Source: an uncultured Alphaproteobacteria bacterium (GTDB taxonomy: Bacteria; Pseudomonadota; Alphaproteobacteria; HIMB59; GCA-002718135). Taken from it: DNA of 64,000 bases. The notes under the pieces were generated by a model. The model saw only the letters and a list, made by a program, of their open reading frames with translations, made no database searches and was not told the DNA's origin. Below are positions 27,320-37,942 of this stretch, piece after piece; position 1 is the first letter of the stretch, and the number at the start of each line of letters is the position of its first letter. Where the stretch lies: assembly GCA_902585605.1 (NCBI GenBank), contig CACIED010000002.1, forward strand, positions 3,415-67,414. Reading direction: 5' to 3'. The position numbers and the translations under genes are program-made.

Positions 27320-28933
27320 TTAAATCTTATTTAAATCCTCAATAATAAATTTACTTCCAAGATTAGCAAGCATCATTACAGGGGCATTTATATTGCCAGA
27401 AGTAATATTTGGAAAAACAGATGCATCAGCAATCCAAAGATTCTCCATTCCATGAACTTTTAATCTTTCAGAAACAACTCCCTTTTTAGGATTTTCATCC
27501 ATTTTACAAGTACCACAAGGGTGATATATAGAAACTGCATTAGATTTAAAGTGATCAATCATTTCTTCTTCAGTAGCATTTAAAAGATCATGCGTAACAC
27601 TTTCATTTCTTATTTTTTTTATACTATTTGTATTTGCCAAAACTTGAGAAAAATTAATTGCGCATTTAACATCATATATATCTTCTTCATGTGATAGAAA
27701 ATTTGGATTAATCAATGGAGCATCTTCAAAATTAGGAGAGTTCAATACAACTCTACCCAAACTTTTTGGTCGACAAGAATTATAACCAATAATAAAACCA
27801 TTAAATTTGTCAGTTTTTAGAAGAGGTCTTTTATTTTTATGAGTGATAGAATAAGTCAACGGATTGAAATATATCTGCAAGTTGGGATAATGATGTTTTG
27901 AATTCCAATTTACATATCCCCCAGACTGATTAATACTTAGTGATAATGGTCCTTTCCTATTATAAATATATTTTAATACAGAAGTAATTCTGCCTGGCCA
28001 AGTTCCTAACGATTTATTTAGTGAATGATGATGAGTTTTAAATAAATAATCTAACCCAAGATGATCCTGAAGATTTCTTCCAACATTAGAATTATCAATT
28101 ATTATTTCTTTATCAAATTTTTTTAAATGTTCTTTATCACCAATACCAGAATGCATTAACAAATGAGGTGTCATTATAGAACCAGAACATAAAATTGCTC
28201 CATGAGATAAGTGTATGATTTGTTCTATTGATTTATTTTGAATTTTAATACCTGTAATTTTTTTATCTTTAATTATTAAATTTTTAACTTGAGTATTGTC
28301 TAATATTGTTAGTCTTGGATTTTTTAATACAGGCTTTAAAAATACTTTTGATGATGAATGTCTAGTACCGTTGTAAGTATTAATATTATAATGACCTACT
28401 TGATTTTCGATTGATGTAGTTAAATTTGTATTTTTTTTAATACCAATTTCATTACTAGCATTAAAAAAATATTCTAAAATTGGATGATGATGCTTACTTA
28501 CATTATTTACTGGAATCTTTTCTTTTGTAAGAAATTCTTTATCATGATTTATTTGTTGCTCCATAGAACTGTATACTTTTTTTATATTTTCAAAACTCCA
28601 TTCCTTATTGCTACCCCAATTTTCATAATCTGTTTCTAATCCTCTTGCATAAACCATTGCATTTATTGAGCCAGAGCCACCTAAAACTTTACCTCTCGGA
28701 TAATATATTTGCCTATTGAATAAATTATCTTGTTTTTCTGAGTAGAAGTTCCAATTAATTTTTTTATTATAAAATGTCATTCCATAACCAAGAGGAACGT
28801 CAATAATAGGATTGTTATCTTTAGGCCCAGCCTCAATAAGGGCTATATTAAAATTAGTTTTAGTCAGAAGTTTATTTGCTATTATACTTCCTGCAGAACC
28901 TGCTCCAATAATTGCTATATCAATATTATTCAA
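27320..28933 (-). CDS. GMC-family FAD oxidoreductase (choline dehydrogenase-like)
   Basis: GAGSAG, PRGKVLGGSGSINAMVY, GRNLQDH, YHPCGTCKM and GNINAP. TTG start lies 1 bp after the upstream stop. Confidence 0.88.
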   Translation of the reverse strand: MNNIDIAIIGAGSAGSIIANKLLTKTNFNIALIEAGPKDNNPIIDVPLGYGMTFYNKKINWNFYSEKQDNLFNRQIYYPRGKVLGGSGSINAMVYARGLETDYENWGSNKEWSFENIKKVYSSMEQQINHDKEFLTKEKIPVNNVSKHHHPILEYFFNASNEIGIKKNTNLTTSIENQVGHYNINTYNGTRHSSSKVFLKPVLKNPRLTILDNTQVKNLIIKDKKITGIKIQNKSIEQIIHLSHGAILCSGSIMTPHLLMHSGIGDKEHLKKFDKEIIIDNSNVGRNLQDHLGLDYLFKTHHHSLNKSLGTWPGRITSVLKYIYNRKGPLSLSINQSGGYVNWNSKHHYPNLQIYFNPLTYSITHKNKRPLLKTDKFNGFIIGYNSCRPKSLGRVVLNSPNFEDAPLINPNFLSHEEDIYDVKCAINFSQVLANTNSIKKIRNESVTHDLLNATEEEMIDHFKSNAVSIYHPCGTCKMDENPKKGVVSERLKVHGMENLWIADASVFPNITSGNINAPVMMLANLGSKFIIEDLNKI

Positions 28934-28934
28934 A

Positions 28935-29957
28935 TTAGAATGTTTGTGTTACTTTAGTTAAATATCTAGGATTGTCTGGATCTAATCCCTTTTCAAAAGA
29001 GTAATTAACTATCCATGGATAAAATTTTGATAGAACTATAATTGGATCTAACTCTATCATATCATTAGGGCTATATCTAAGTTTAGTGTTAGAGTTTCTA
29101 TCATAGGTTATTTCATAGTGAAGATTAGTTAATGAAATAATTTGCCTAGCATCTTTTGTTACTATCTTCCCACTTTTGTCTCTAAGTGAGATTGTAAATA
29201 ACTTGAATGAGTTTTGTATCAAGCTTTTGGGCCCATGCATTACTTCAGCACTACTGAAAGGTTCTATCATTTCTTGACATAACTCTTTAAACTTTAAAGA
29301 TATTTCATTAGAAATTGCGTATCCAACACCCCTACTAATTATATATCCATTACTTATAGTTTTATCTAATATATTTGGATTCCATTGATTTTGATTATCT
29401 AAAATTAAATAATCACTAAGCTTTTCAATATGCTTATTAATATCTTTTTTATTAAGAGAATTAAAAACAAGCTTTAAAATTATCAATAAAGACAAAACAA
29501 AAGTTTTTGTTGCTGCAACACTTTTTTCTTCTCCAGCATTTATATCAAAAAAATAATTGGATGTTTTTATAATAGGGCTATTTAAATTATTACTTATTAA
29601 TATGGTCTTTGCTCCCATTTTTTGTACCATTTTATGACATTCAACTAAATCTTCACTTTTTCCAGATTGAGAGATAATAAAAACTAATGCTCTTGAAAAA
29701 TCAAATTTTGATTCTTCTAAAGTTATTATAGATGGAGGCATGCTGTATGTTGGTAAACCAAGATATTTTGCAAACATATAAGACAAATACAGAGCAGCAC
29801 AATCTGAAGTACCTCTTGCAACAGTAACAACATAATCAATTTTTTTTTCTGATATTAAATTTGATATTTCTTGGTAATTATTTTTATCATTCAAGCTAAA
29901 ATGATTAATTTTATTTGGAATTGAGAGTGCTTCGGATAAAACTTGAGAACTAGACAT
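28935..29957 (-). CDS. Double-SIS-domain protein, NagB-II/GlmS-like hexosamine-6-phosphate deaminase
   Basis: ARGTSD.A, SQSG.S, AGEEKSVAATKT and SSAEVMHGP; coupled to nagA. Confidence 0.85.
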   Translation of the reverse strand: MSSSQVLSEALSIPNKINHFSLNDKNNYQEISNLISEKKIDYVVTVARGTSDCAALYLSYMFAKYLGLPTYSMPPSIITLEESKFDFSRALVFIISQSGKSEDLVECHKMVQKMGAKTILISNNLNSPIIKTSNYFFDINAGEEKSVAATKTFVLSLLIILKLVFNSLNKKDINKHIEKLSDYLILDNQNQWNPNILDKTISNGYIISRGVGYAISNEISLKFKELCQEMIEPFSSAEVMHGPKSLIQNSFKLFTISLRDKSGKIVTKDARQIISLTNLHYEITYDRNSNTKLRYSPNDMIELDPIIVLSKFYPWIVNYSFEKGLDPDNPRYLTKVTQTF

Positions 29958-31044
29958 TAATTTTTTTTCCTCTTAAATAAACTTCTTTTAGGTTAAATTC
30001 TTTATCTAAAATAAGAAAATTACTTAAAAAATTTTTTTGAATTATACCAACATTATCTAGATTCAAATATTTAGAAGCATTATAACTAGTTAAAGCAACT
30101 GCTTCTTCTGATGAAAAATCCATTGATATTAAATTTTTAAAAGTTTGATCCATAGTAACAATACTTCCTGCTAAAGTACCATCGGACTTGATTTTTACTG
30201 AATTATTTTCTTTTTTTATTTTATTTTTTGCAAAAATATATTCTCCATCATTCAGTCCGCTTGCGTTTATAGAATCTGTTACTGTATACAAACCGGGAAT
30301 ACATTTATTTGCAATTTTTATTGCTTCTTTACTAACATGAATATTATCGCAAATTATTTCAGCATATTTTCCTTTTGAAAGAGCAGCTGATAAAACTCCT
30401 GGGGATCTATGATCATTACCAGACATAGCATTATACAGATGTGTAAAACCAATTTCATGATCTTTCATAATTTTTTCACAGCAATCAAAGTCTGCCAAAG
30501 TGTGACCAAATTGAATCTTAATATTTAACTCCACTAAATCATTTATAAATTCTTGCATTCCATCAATTTCTGGAGCTAAAGTAATGATTTGTACATCAGA
30601 AATTTCAAGAATTTTTTTTATAAAATCTAAAGATGGTTTCTCAGTTAAATTTGGTTGAGCACCAAGTTTATTAGGATTTATAAAAGGTCCCTCTAAATGA
30701 ACTCCAAGGATATTATTACCATTATCTCTCTTAATTTCCTTAAATCCTTTTAACGCTGAAATAGTATTTTCTAAGGTATTAGTCCAAGTAGTTGGCATTA
30801 TTGAAGTTGTCCCATGCCGTAAATGATATTTTGACATTTCAATAATTGATTGTGAGCCCTCCATTACATCAAAACCATTACCACCATGACAATGGAGATC
30901 AACAAATCCAGGAATTATAATATTATCATAATCTACATAGTCTTTTATTTTCAAGTCGATAATTTTTTCGTTGAAATATACATCTCCAACATAGGAAGAG
31001 TTATGATTTATAATTTTCCCACTAATTTTATTTTGATCAGTCAT
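29950..31044 (-). CDS. nagA: N-acetylhexosamine-6-phosphate deacetylase
   Basis: PGFVDLHCHG, GVHLEGPF, THLYNAM, ICDNIH, VTD and TLAGS. Confidence 0.92.
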   Translation of the reverse strand: MTDQNKISGKIINHNSSYVGDVYFNEKIIDLKIKDYVDYDNIIIPGFVDLHCHGGNGFDVMEGSQSIIEMSKYHLRHGTTSIMPTTWTNTLENTISALKGFKEIKRDNGNNILGVHLEGPFINPNKLGAQPNLTEKPSLDFIKKILEISDVQIITLAPEIDGMQEFINDLVELNIKIQFGHTLADFDCCEKIMKDHEIGFTHLYNAMSGNDHRSPGVLSAALSKGKYAEIICDNIHVSKEAIKIANKCIPGLYTVTDSINASGLNDGEYIFAKNKIKKENNSVKIKSDGTLAGSIVTMDQTFKNLISMDFSSEEAVALTSYNASKYLNLDNVGIIQKNFLSNFLILDKEFNLKEVYLRGKKINV

Positions 31045-31099
31045 CTAACTTTAATATCTTATATAGCAATTTCTTGATTTTTAAAAAAATTTAAAAAAC

Positions 31100-31828
31100 T
31101 TATAAATGAGGATTAATCTTACTAAATTTTTTCTCTAAAATATCATTATTTTTTTTAGCATTTGGCATATTTACACTGATGTAAAATGGGAATAATTTTT
31201 CATTTTTTAAGATATTTGCAACTTCAATTAAAATAGAATTTAAAATAAAGGATCCGGTAATTGTTGAAGCTGGCCCAACCATATTATCTTTTACATTTAT
31301 AATCGCATCACCAGCTGGAATCTTATTATCAATAAATATATCTGTTATTTCAAATAATCTTTTATTTAATTTAGATAGAGGCGCTTGTTTAGAAAATTTA
31401 ACAGATGTTAGTGAAATAGTTTTTATTTTTTTTTTCTTTGCAATTAAAGCTGCTTCAACTGGCGCATGATTAACTCCAGAATTAGACACAATCATTAATA
31501 CATCTTTGCTGGTAATTTTATATTTAGCGAGAGCTTTTTTTGCAATATTTGGAGTTCTTTCTAAAGCAGTAGCTTTTCTTGCTCCTTTTTTAAAACTGAG
31601 ATCATCATCTCTTATTGGACAAGCTGCAGCAAAACCTCCTGCTCTGTGAAATGATTCTTCTCCTAGCAATCTAGAATGTCCAGTTCCAAAAATATATAAC
31701 TGCCCACCTTTTTTATATGATTTGCTAATTAATTTAGCACACTGTAAGAATTTTTTTTCTTCTTCTTTTAATATCTTTTTTAATATTGAATTAATTTTTG
31801 AGGAATAAGACCTTGTTAATTTACTCAT
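31100..31828 (-). CDS. SIS-domain sugar isomerase (UPF0309-like)
   Basis: FGTGHS, EESFHRAGG, SNSGVN and P.YISVN. Confidence 0.85.
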   Translation of the reverse strand: MSKLTRSYSSKINSILKKILKEEEKKFLQCAKLISKSYKKGGQLYIFGTGHSRLLGEESFHRAGGFAAACPIRDDDLSFKKGARKATALERTPNIAKKALAKYKITSKDVLMIVSNSGVNHAPVEAALIAKKKKIKTISLTSVKFSKQAPLSKLNKRLFEITDIFIDNKIPAGDAIINVKDNMVGPASTITGSFILNSILIEVANILKNEKLFPFYISVNMPNAKKNNDILEKKFSKINPHL

Positions 31829-31845
31829 TTGAATTTTACATTAGA

Positions 31846-31870
31846 TGCTAGGGCAAGTTTTGCCCTAGCA
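31846..31870 (-). terminator. Stem-loop downstream of the amino-sugar SBP gene
   Basis: 11-bp perfect stem TGCTAGGGCAA/TTGCCCTAGCA, 3-nt loop. Confidence 0.65.
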
Positions 31871-31884
31871 ATATATTAAAATGA

Positions 31885-33096
31885 TTATTTATATTCTTCT
31901 AACTCTTCAGCAGCTTCAGCTACTAAATCAGCTGGATCACCTTCACCAAGAATTGCTCCCTGGATCATATTATTCATAACTGATTGAAAAGCTTTATAAT
32001 CAACAAATAGAGGTTCTGGTCCACCATCTCCAATTGCATCAATAAACATCATCCAATAGTCATCATTGTAAGGTGCTTCACTACCTATTGAATCGTATTG
32101 CATAATTGGAGTTAATCCCCACTCAGTATCTAATTTATATTGCCATTTTGGAGAAGTAACCATTGCTGCAAATTTATTAGCAAGCTCTTCATTTCCGGTA
32201 TTATTAAAAACAGCAATACTGTCAGTAATTAATAATGTTCCTTGCTCACCTTGTGGTCCAGCAGGAATTCTAACAGTTTTCATATTTAGATCTTCATTGT
32301 GAGTACCTCGTCCCCATGGGCCGTCTATGTACATTGCAATTTTTTTATCATTAAGAAGATCTCTTAATTGAGATCTTTCATATGCTAAAGGACCCTCTTG
32401 AGCTACGTTTGCTAATTTTCCATAAAAAGCAAGAGCTTCAACTGCATTTGAACTATTTAAAGTAATTGTATTGGTATCAGGATCAATAACTTGACCTCCA
32501 TTACTGTATAAATAATTCAGGAACTGATGCATGGTATTATCAAAATCCTTACCAGTTAATCCAATTCCTGCAACACCAGGTACATTATTTGTAACAGCTT
32601 CAGCCATTGTATATAATTCATCCCATGTTTTAGGACCTTCACATGCAACACCCGCTTGCTCTAGTAAATCACAATTCATAAATAAAGCTTTTGTAGAAAA
32701 AGCTCTTGGATATCCCCAAACCTTACCCATGTGAGATACAGTATTTAAAATACCAGGTTGATACATGCCAATTTGTGACTGAGGTATGTCAACATTAATG
32801 ATATGACCATTTTCAGCAAGTCCTTTTAATGTTCTAGAACCAACATATGCTAAATCTACAGGATCTCCCGCAATAGCCAAGTTTATTACTTTGTCCTGAC
32901 ATGTACCCCAGGGAACAGCTTCCCATTTAATAGTAACTCCAGGATTGGCACTTTCGAATTCTGCTGCAACATCCATATCCGCTTGTCTAATTTCACCGCC
33001 ACATAGAATTCCATGTAATTCCTGTGAATTTGCATTGAAACCAAAAAACAAAAAAAATATGAAAGAAGCGATTGAAGTAGTTTTTAAAAATTTCAT
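31885..33096 (-). CDS. Carbohydrate ABC transporter substrate-binding protein (CUT1)
   Basis: Signal peptide, YVGSRTL, PRAFSTKALF and FLNYLYSNGG. SD GGAGGAAA at 33098-33105. Confidence 0.88.
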   Translation of the reverse strand: MKFLKTTSIASFIFFLFFGFNANSQELHGILCGGEIRQADMDVAAEFESANPGVTIKWEAVPWGTCQDKVINLAIAGDPVDLAYVGSRTLKGLAENGHIINVDIPQSQIGMYQPGILNTVSHMGKVWGYPRAFSTKALFMNCDLLEQAGVACEGPKTWDELYTMAEAVTNNVPGVAGIGLTGKDFDNTMHQFLNYLYSNGGQVIDPDTNTITLNSSNAVEALAFYGKLANVAQEGPLAYERSQLRDLLNDKKIAMYIDGPWGRGTHNEDLNMKTVRIPAGPQGEQGTLLITDSIAVFNNTGNEELANKFAAMVTSPKWQYKLDTEWGLTPIMQYDSIGSEAPYNDDYWMMFIDAIGDGGPEPLFVDYKAFQSVMNNMIQGAILGEGDPADLVAEAAEELEEYK

Positions 33097-33165
33097 GTTT
33101 CCTCCAAATTATTTACTACCGTACCACTTTAATATGAATACAATCAAGCAAATTTATTTAATATA

Positions 33166-34005
33166 TTAGTTTTTTACAGCCCCAGCTGTTAAACCTTCTA
33201 CAATATATTTTTGTAAAAATATAAAGACTATTAAAACTGGGAATACTCCAACAATAGAAGCTGCCATCATTTCATTCCATTTCACAGATTGGTAACCAAT
33301 GAATTCAGTTAAACCAGATACTATTGGCATATATTCTCTAATTGAATTAAATGTTATAGCAAAGAGGAATTGTTGAGCGTAAGCTTGAATAAAAGCATAT
33401 ATAGCAGTTACAGCAATGCCTGGAGTGCTCAATGGTGCAATAATTCTGAAAAGAATATCCATTCTCGAAGCTCCATCACAATATGCTGCCTCCTCTAGCT
33501 CAACCGGAATTTTTTCAAAATATGCTTTCAATAGCCATATTGAAGTTGGAATACAAAATGCTATTCCTGGTACAATCATTGCAAAATATGTATTTAAAAG
33601 GTCAAAATATCTTAATAGTTTAAATAGAGGTATTAATAATACCGCTCCAGAAAACATATTTACTGCCAAAAGAACCCATAAACTACCTTGTTTGAATGGG
33701 AAATTAAATCTTGCGTATGAGTATGCAGCAGGAATTACAAATAAAAGTGTAAAAAAAGTTACTGTAATAGCCATAAAAAAACTATTAAAAATATATCTTC
33801 CTAAAAGAGGAACTGTGTTCCACATTTCTCTATATGCCCAAAAAGATAGGTCATCAGAATAAAATTGATAAGGAGATCTAAATATGTGCTTTAAAGGTCG
33901 TAAAGACGCGTAAAACATTTCAACAAAGGGTAATAAGATAAATATAAAAAAAACAGTTATGCTTAGATATAAAAATATTTTTAAAGGTAAGCTATATTTA
34001 TCCAT
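33166..34005 (-). CDS. Carbohydrate ABC permease (CUT1, MalG-like)
   Basis: NMFSGAVLLIPLF and EEAAYCDGASR. Confidence 0.9.
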   Translation of the reverse strand: MDKYSLPLKIFLYLSITVFFIFILLPFVEMFYASLRPLKHIFRSPYQFYSDDLSFWAYREMWNTVPLLGRYIFNSFFMAITVTFFTLLFVIPAAYSYARFNFPFKQGSLWVLLAVNMFSGAVLLIPLFKLLRYFDLLNTYFAMIVPGIAFCIPTSIWLLKAYFEKIPVELEEAAYCDGASRMDILFRIIAPLSTPGIAVTAIYAFIQAYAQQFLFAITFNSIREYMPIVSGLTEFIGYQSVKWNEMMAASIVGVFPVLIVFIFLQKYIVEGLTAGAVKN

Positions 34006-34900
34006 GAGATACCTTTTTGTTTATTCTTGAAAGTAAATAAAAATATGCAATCGCGAACGTTGATATCATAATTACTATCATTACTGCTCTAGCAGATCCC
34101 TTACCAAACTTATAATTACCCAATGCCATTTTGTAAGTATCTATAATCAGAGTTGTTGTTGCTCCTCTTGGTCCGCCTTCTGTTAAAATATAAATTATAT
34201 CAAAAGAGACAAAAGTAGATACAGCGGAAATTAGAGACATAGTTATAATTACCGGTGTTAATTGAGGTAGTGTTATGTGATACCATCTACTAAATCTACC
34301 AGCTCCATCACAATAAGCAGCTTCATATAAATCTCTTGGAATTGCTTGCATACCAGCCAAGAAAAAAAGTGTAACAAATGGTACGCCAACCCAGATATCG
34401 GTTACCATTGTTGCAATAAAAGCACTATTTTTATAAGCCAAAAAACTAAATGGTCCATCTAGAATTCCTAATCGAATTCCAATACCGGATAGTATTCCAA
34501 AATGACCATTGTAAACCCACATCCAGCCAAGTGCACCAATTGCAATCGGCACAACCCAAGGAGGTAAAACTAAAATTCTAAAGAATGATCTACCTCTCAA
34601 ACTTGCATTGAGCAAAACAGCCCCTATCATTCCTATTATTAACTTTAGTAAAACTGAGAAAAAGGTCCATACAAATGTTCGTATAGCTATTTTACTAAAT
34701 TTAGAACTAGATAGAAGTTTTTCATAATTTTCAAAACCAACGTAGTCTTCACCGGCTATACTAGAATTAGTAAATGATAATCTAAATGTTTCTATCAAAG
34801 GCCATCCCACTATACACAAAAGGTATATAACTGCTGGAGCTATTAGAATGTATGCTAAAAAATATTGTGAGTTATATGAATTTAATTTATTTTTTTTCAT
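33998..34900 (-). CDS. Carbohydrate ABC permease (CUT1, MalF-like)
   Basis: YVGFENY, PPWVVP, YEAAYCDGAGRF and TEGGP. Confidence 0.9.
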   Translation of the reverse strand: MKKNKLNSYNSQYFLAYILIAPAVIYLLCIVGWPLIETFRLSFTNSSIAGEDYVGFENYEKLLSSSKFSKIAIRTFVWTFFSVLLKLIIGMIGAVLLNASLRGRSFFRILVLPPWVVPIAIGALGWMWVYNGHFGILSGIGIRLGILDGPFSFLAYKNSAFIATMVTDIWVGVPFVTLFFLAGMQAIPRDLYEAAYCDGAGRFSRWYHITLPQLTPVIITMSLISAVSTFVSFDIIYILTEGGPRGATTTLIIDTYKMALGNYKFGKGSARAVMIVIMISTFAIAYFYLLSRINKKVSHG

Positions 34901-36046
34901 TTAATTAATTATACTATCTAACCTTTCCCAAGTTTCACTAAGATCAATAACTTTTTTATAAATTCTTGCTTCGTCAATTTTCATTGCAATAATGCCAGCT
35001 TCCATACATTCAACTATTCCTACAGGTAACTTGTTATTATTATCAAGTAAATAATTATTTATTTCTTTTACCATCAAACTATCTGCGCCATAATGACCTT
35101 TAACCTCTTTCCCAAATGCAGCTCCATAATTCTCATCGATTAAAATATTATTATTCTCATCATGAGCTTTCATATAGCCTCTAACAAAATCTCCCTCAAT
35201 CATTCCTGATGATCCAATAACTGCAAATCTTCTATATTCATCTGGGACCTTCATATTAGTATGAAAGGATAGCACTGCGTTATTTTCATATTCAATTATT
35301 GCTACTTGATGATCAACAATATCAGCATCACTATCAAAAACATTTGATTTTGACTCCCAACCTCTTAGTCTATCTTTTGTATATTGTTCATGAGAACCTT
35401 CTGGAAGATTATTTGGTATAAAAGATCTTCTTGATCCAAAACTAGCAACTTTCGTAGGCCTGCTTGCCGTTATCATCGAATAGAAATCAATATCATGACA
35501 ACATTTTTCAAGCATAAAGCCTCCTGAATATTTTTGTTTTCTTCTCCAATTTCTCATGAAAAAAGCACCATGGGATGGCTCAATGTGTTCTGAAGCTTCA
35601 ATCGATATTATATTTCCAATAGCATTTTGATCTAATAATTTTCTTACAGATCTAGCTTGCTGCGAATATCTTAAAACTAAACCAACTATGATTCTATCCT
35701 TACCATATTCTTTAATTAGTTTTGCTAATTCGAAAGTTTGCTGTTCATTTATTACAATAGGTTTTTCAGCAAATATTTTTACTCCAGCTCTTAATCCACA
35801 CTTAATATGATCTAAATGTAAATGGTTAGGAGACCCAATCATTAACATATCTAGTTTTTCTTGATCTAACATTTTATTTAAATTTGAATAAGTTTTTTTT
35901 GGCAAAAAATTATGTTTCTCAGCAAATTCTTTACCTATTGGTTGAGGATCTACATAAGCAACCATTTCAAAATTAGGATTAATTTTTGAAAATTCATTAT
36001 AAACACTTACCGTTCTATTCCCAAAACCAACTGCACCTATTTTCAT
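34901..36046 (-). CDS. Gfo/Idh/MocA family oxidoreductase
   Basis: GFGNR, GSPNHLH, EKPIV, GLVLRY and LEKCCHDID. Confidence 0.88.
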   Translation of the reverse strand: MKIGAVGFGNRTVSVYNEFSKINPNFEMVAYVDPQPIGKEFAEKHNFLPKKTYSNLNKMLDQEKLDMLMIGSPNHLHLDHIKCGLRAGVKIFAEKPIVINEQQTFELAKLIKEYGKDRIIVGLVLRYSQQARSVRKLLDQNAIGNIISIEASEHIEPSHGAFFMRNWRRKQKYSGGFMLEKCCHDIDFYSMITASRPTKVASFGSRRSFIPNNLPEGSHEQYTKDRLRGWESKSNVFDSDADIVDHQVAIIEYENNAVLSFHTNMKVPDEYRRFAVIGSSGMIEGDFVRGYMKAHDENNNILIDENYGAAFGKEVKGHYGADSLMVKEINNYLLDNNNKLPVGIVECMEAGIIAMKIDEARIYKKVIDLSETWERLDSIIN

Positions 36047-36065
36047 ATTTATTTTTAGTTTAACA

Positions 36066-37928
36066 TTAAAAATTATGATATCGCCAGCCTAATTTTTTTA
36101 AGAAATTCATAGAATTTAATAAAGCTGAACGAAATTCAGTCCAAGTTCTAGAAATTTTTCCTTTCCATGCAATTTCTGATAAAGTTGCTAATCGTGGATT
36201 AATCATTTGATCAAAAAATTTTTTATCTGTAATTGTCTCTGACCACAATTGGCCTTGTAACCCTTTTATCAATTCTGACTTATTTATATCTTTTATTGGG
36301 TTCCATTCAAAAATATCTTTTACTTCTATAGTTGCGGCCCAACATATTCCTCTTTCTTCAGTTGAATTATTATAAGCCATATCAAAATATGTTTTTTGAC
36401 CAGGGCAAAGTATTGTTTCAAATCCCTTATTTGTAGTTTCTTTTGCAACATCTGAATGCTCCCATGAAAAGATCAAACATGATTTATCAATTTTTCCAGC
36501 ACTTCCACCCACACCATGATTGATATGAGGAGACACTGCCGCCTCATTCCATGCAGCTGTTCTTTTATTTTTTGATTTAAGAAAATCTATTAAAAAATTC
36601 ATATAGTAGTCTTGATATTCTTCTGGTGATTTAATATTATTTTTTTTCATAAACTCAATAATTGCAGGAGAGCCTTCCCACGCATTACTTGGTCTTTCAT
36701 CCACACCGACATGAATTACATCATATGAGAAAATAGCACTTACTTCACTCAACATATCTTTTAAAAAAGTTACTGTTTTTTCTAAAGAAGGATTTATTGT
36801 ATTATTCTTATACGAACCAACATCTTCACTAACTATATTTGAAGACTGTTCTCTAAGCTCAGGCATAATTTCTAGTAATGCCCAAGAATGTGCTGGTAAA
36901 TCAATTTCTGGCATAATCTCAATATTTAATTTTTTTGCATATAAAATTAAATCTTTGATATCTTCCTGTGAATAATATCCGCCATATTTATCATAACCAC
37001 TTCCATACAATGGGGGTATTTTAAAATTATATCCTCTGTATCCTCCATTTAATGCAAGATCGGGATATTTTTTAATTTCAATTCTCCACGCTTCGTTGTC
37101 TGTTAAGTGCCAATGAAATCTATTAAGCTTAAATAATACCATGTAATCAAATAAACGTTTGATTTCATCAATAGTATAGAATTGTCTTGCACAATCAAGA
37201 TGCATTCCTCTCCATTGATATTTTGGATTATCGTGTATTGTGCAGATTGGAAGCTTTGTTTGATAGAAATCAATCAAATGAACTAAAGATATAAGGCTAT
37301 AAAGCTTTCCACCATAAGTATTATATTTAATCTCAATATTATCTTTTGTTATCTGAATAAAATATTGGTCGTTTAATAATTGAGAGTCTTTTTGAAATAA
37401 AATTGGAAATCCTTTTTGAGAAGTTAAATTAATATCCACTTTTGAAATAATATTTTGCAAACTAGAAATAATTTCAGTTTCCACATTGAGCTTAAATGTT
37501 TTATTTTCAATTATTATAAATTTATTTTGTAAATGAATTTTTTTTGGCTCAGGAATAATAGGTATAAAATTTTTTATTTTTAAATCTTCATAAGTTTTCT
37601 TTTTAATTGGTTTTTCAAATATCAAATCTGAAACATTTACATTTAATTTACTATTGTTTAATGTATCGATAATGAAAATACCTTCCGGACCACACGAAAG
37701 GTTGAAGTTACCAATTCTAGGAATTTGTAGATCTAATAAGATTAGATTTTTTTCTATAGATAACTCATAATAGCGTCCAATTTGCTTAGTTATACGAGCT
37801 CCGGTTATAGATTTTATTGAATAAACTAATGAGAAACACAATTTGAAATTTGAATCTACTAATTTATCATCAAGAATAATTTTTAATTTATTTTCTTTTG
37901 TAAAAGATATATTAATTTGATGAGTCAT
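36066..37928 (-). CDS. Beta-N-acetylhexosaminidase, glycoside hydrolase family 20
   Basis: WRGMHLDCARQF, HWHLTDNE.WR, PEIDLPAH, catalytic HVGVDE and QGQLWSE. Confidence 0.9.
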   Translation of the reverse strand: MTHQINISFTKENKLKIILDDKLVDSNFKLCFSLVYSIKSITGARITKQIGRYYELSIEKNLILLDLQIPRIGNFNLSCGPEGIFIIDTLNNSKLNVNVSDLIFEKPIKKKTYEDLKIKNFIPIIPEPKKIHLQNKFIIIENKTFKLNVETEIISSLQNIISKVDINLTSQKGFPILFQKDSQLLNDQYFIQITKDNIEIKYNTYGGKLYSLISLVHLIDFYQTKLPICTIHDNPKYQWRGMHLDCARQFYTIDEIKRLFDYMVLFKLNRFHWHLTDNEAWRIEIKKYPDLALNGGYRGYNFKIPPLYGSGYDKYGGYYSQEDIKDLILYAKKLNIEIMPEIDLPAHSWALLEIMPELREQSSNIVSEDVGSYKNNTINPSLEKTVTFLKDMLSEVSAIFSYDVIHVGVDERPSNAWEGSPAIIEFMKKNNIKSPEEYQDYYMNFLIDFLKSKNKRTAAWNEAAVSPHINHGVGGSAGKIDKSCLIFSWEHSDVAKETTNKGFETILCPGQKTYFDMAYNNSTEERGICWAATIEVKDIFEWNPIKDINKSELIKGLQGQLWSETITDKKFFDQMINPRLATLSEIAWKGKISRTWTEFRSALLNSMNFLKKLGWRYHNF

Positions 37929-37936
37929 AACGAACC

Positions 37937-37942
37937 ATTATA
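37937..37942 (-). promoter_or_regulatory. TATAAT -10 box for a probably leaderless GH20 transcript, overlapping the galK start codon
   Basis: The minus strand reads TATAAT-GGTTCGTT-ATG. Confidence 0.45.

Noticed and set aside
27320-28933. Choline dehydrogenase betA
   Set aside because: Only family-level GMC motifs; no betB/betI/betC context, and it is coupled to amino-sugar genes.
33113-33128. AGTGGTACGGTAGT in the amino-sugar SBP leader as a GntR/DasR-like operator
   Set aside because: It matches only a half-site, is not palindromic, has no second copy that I found, and no regulator is nearby.
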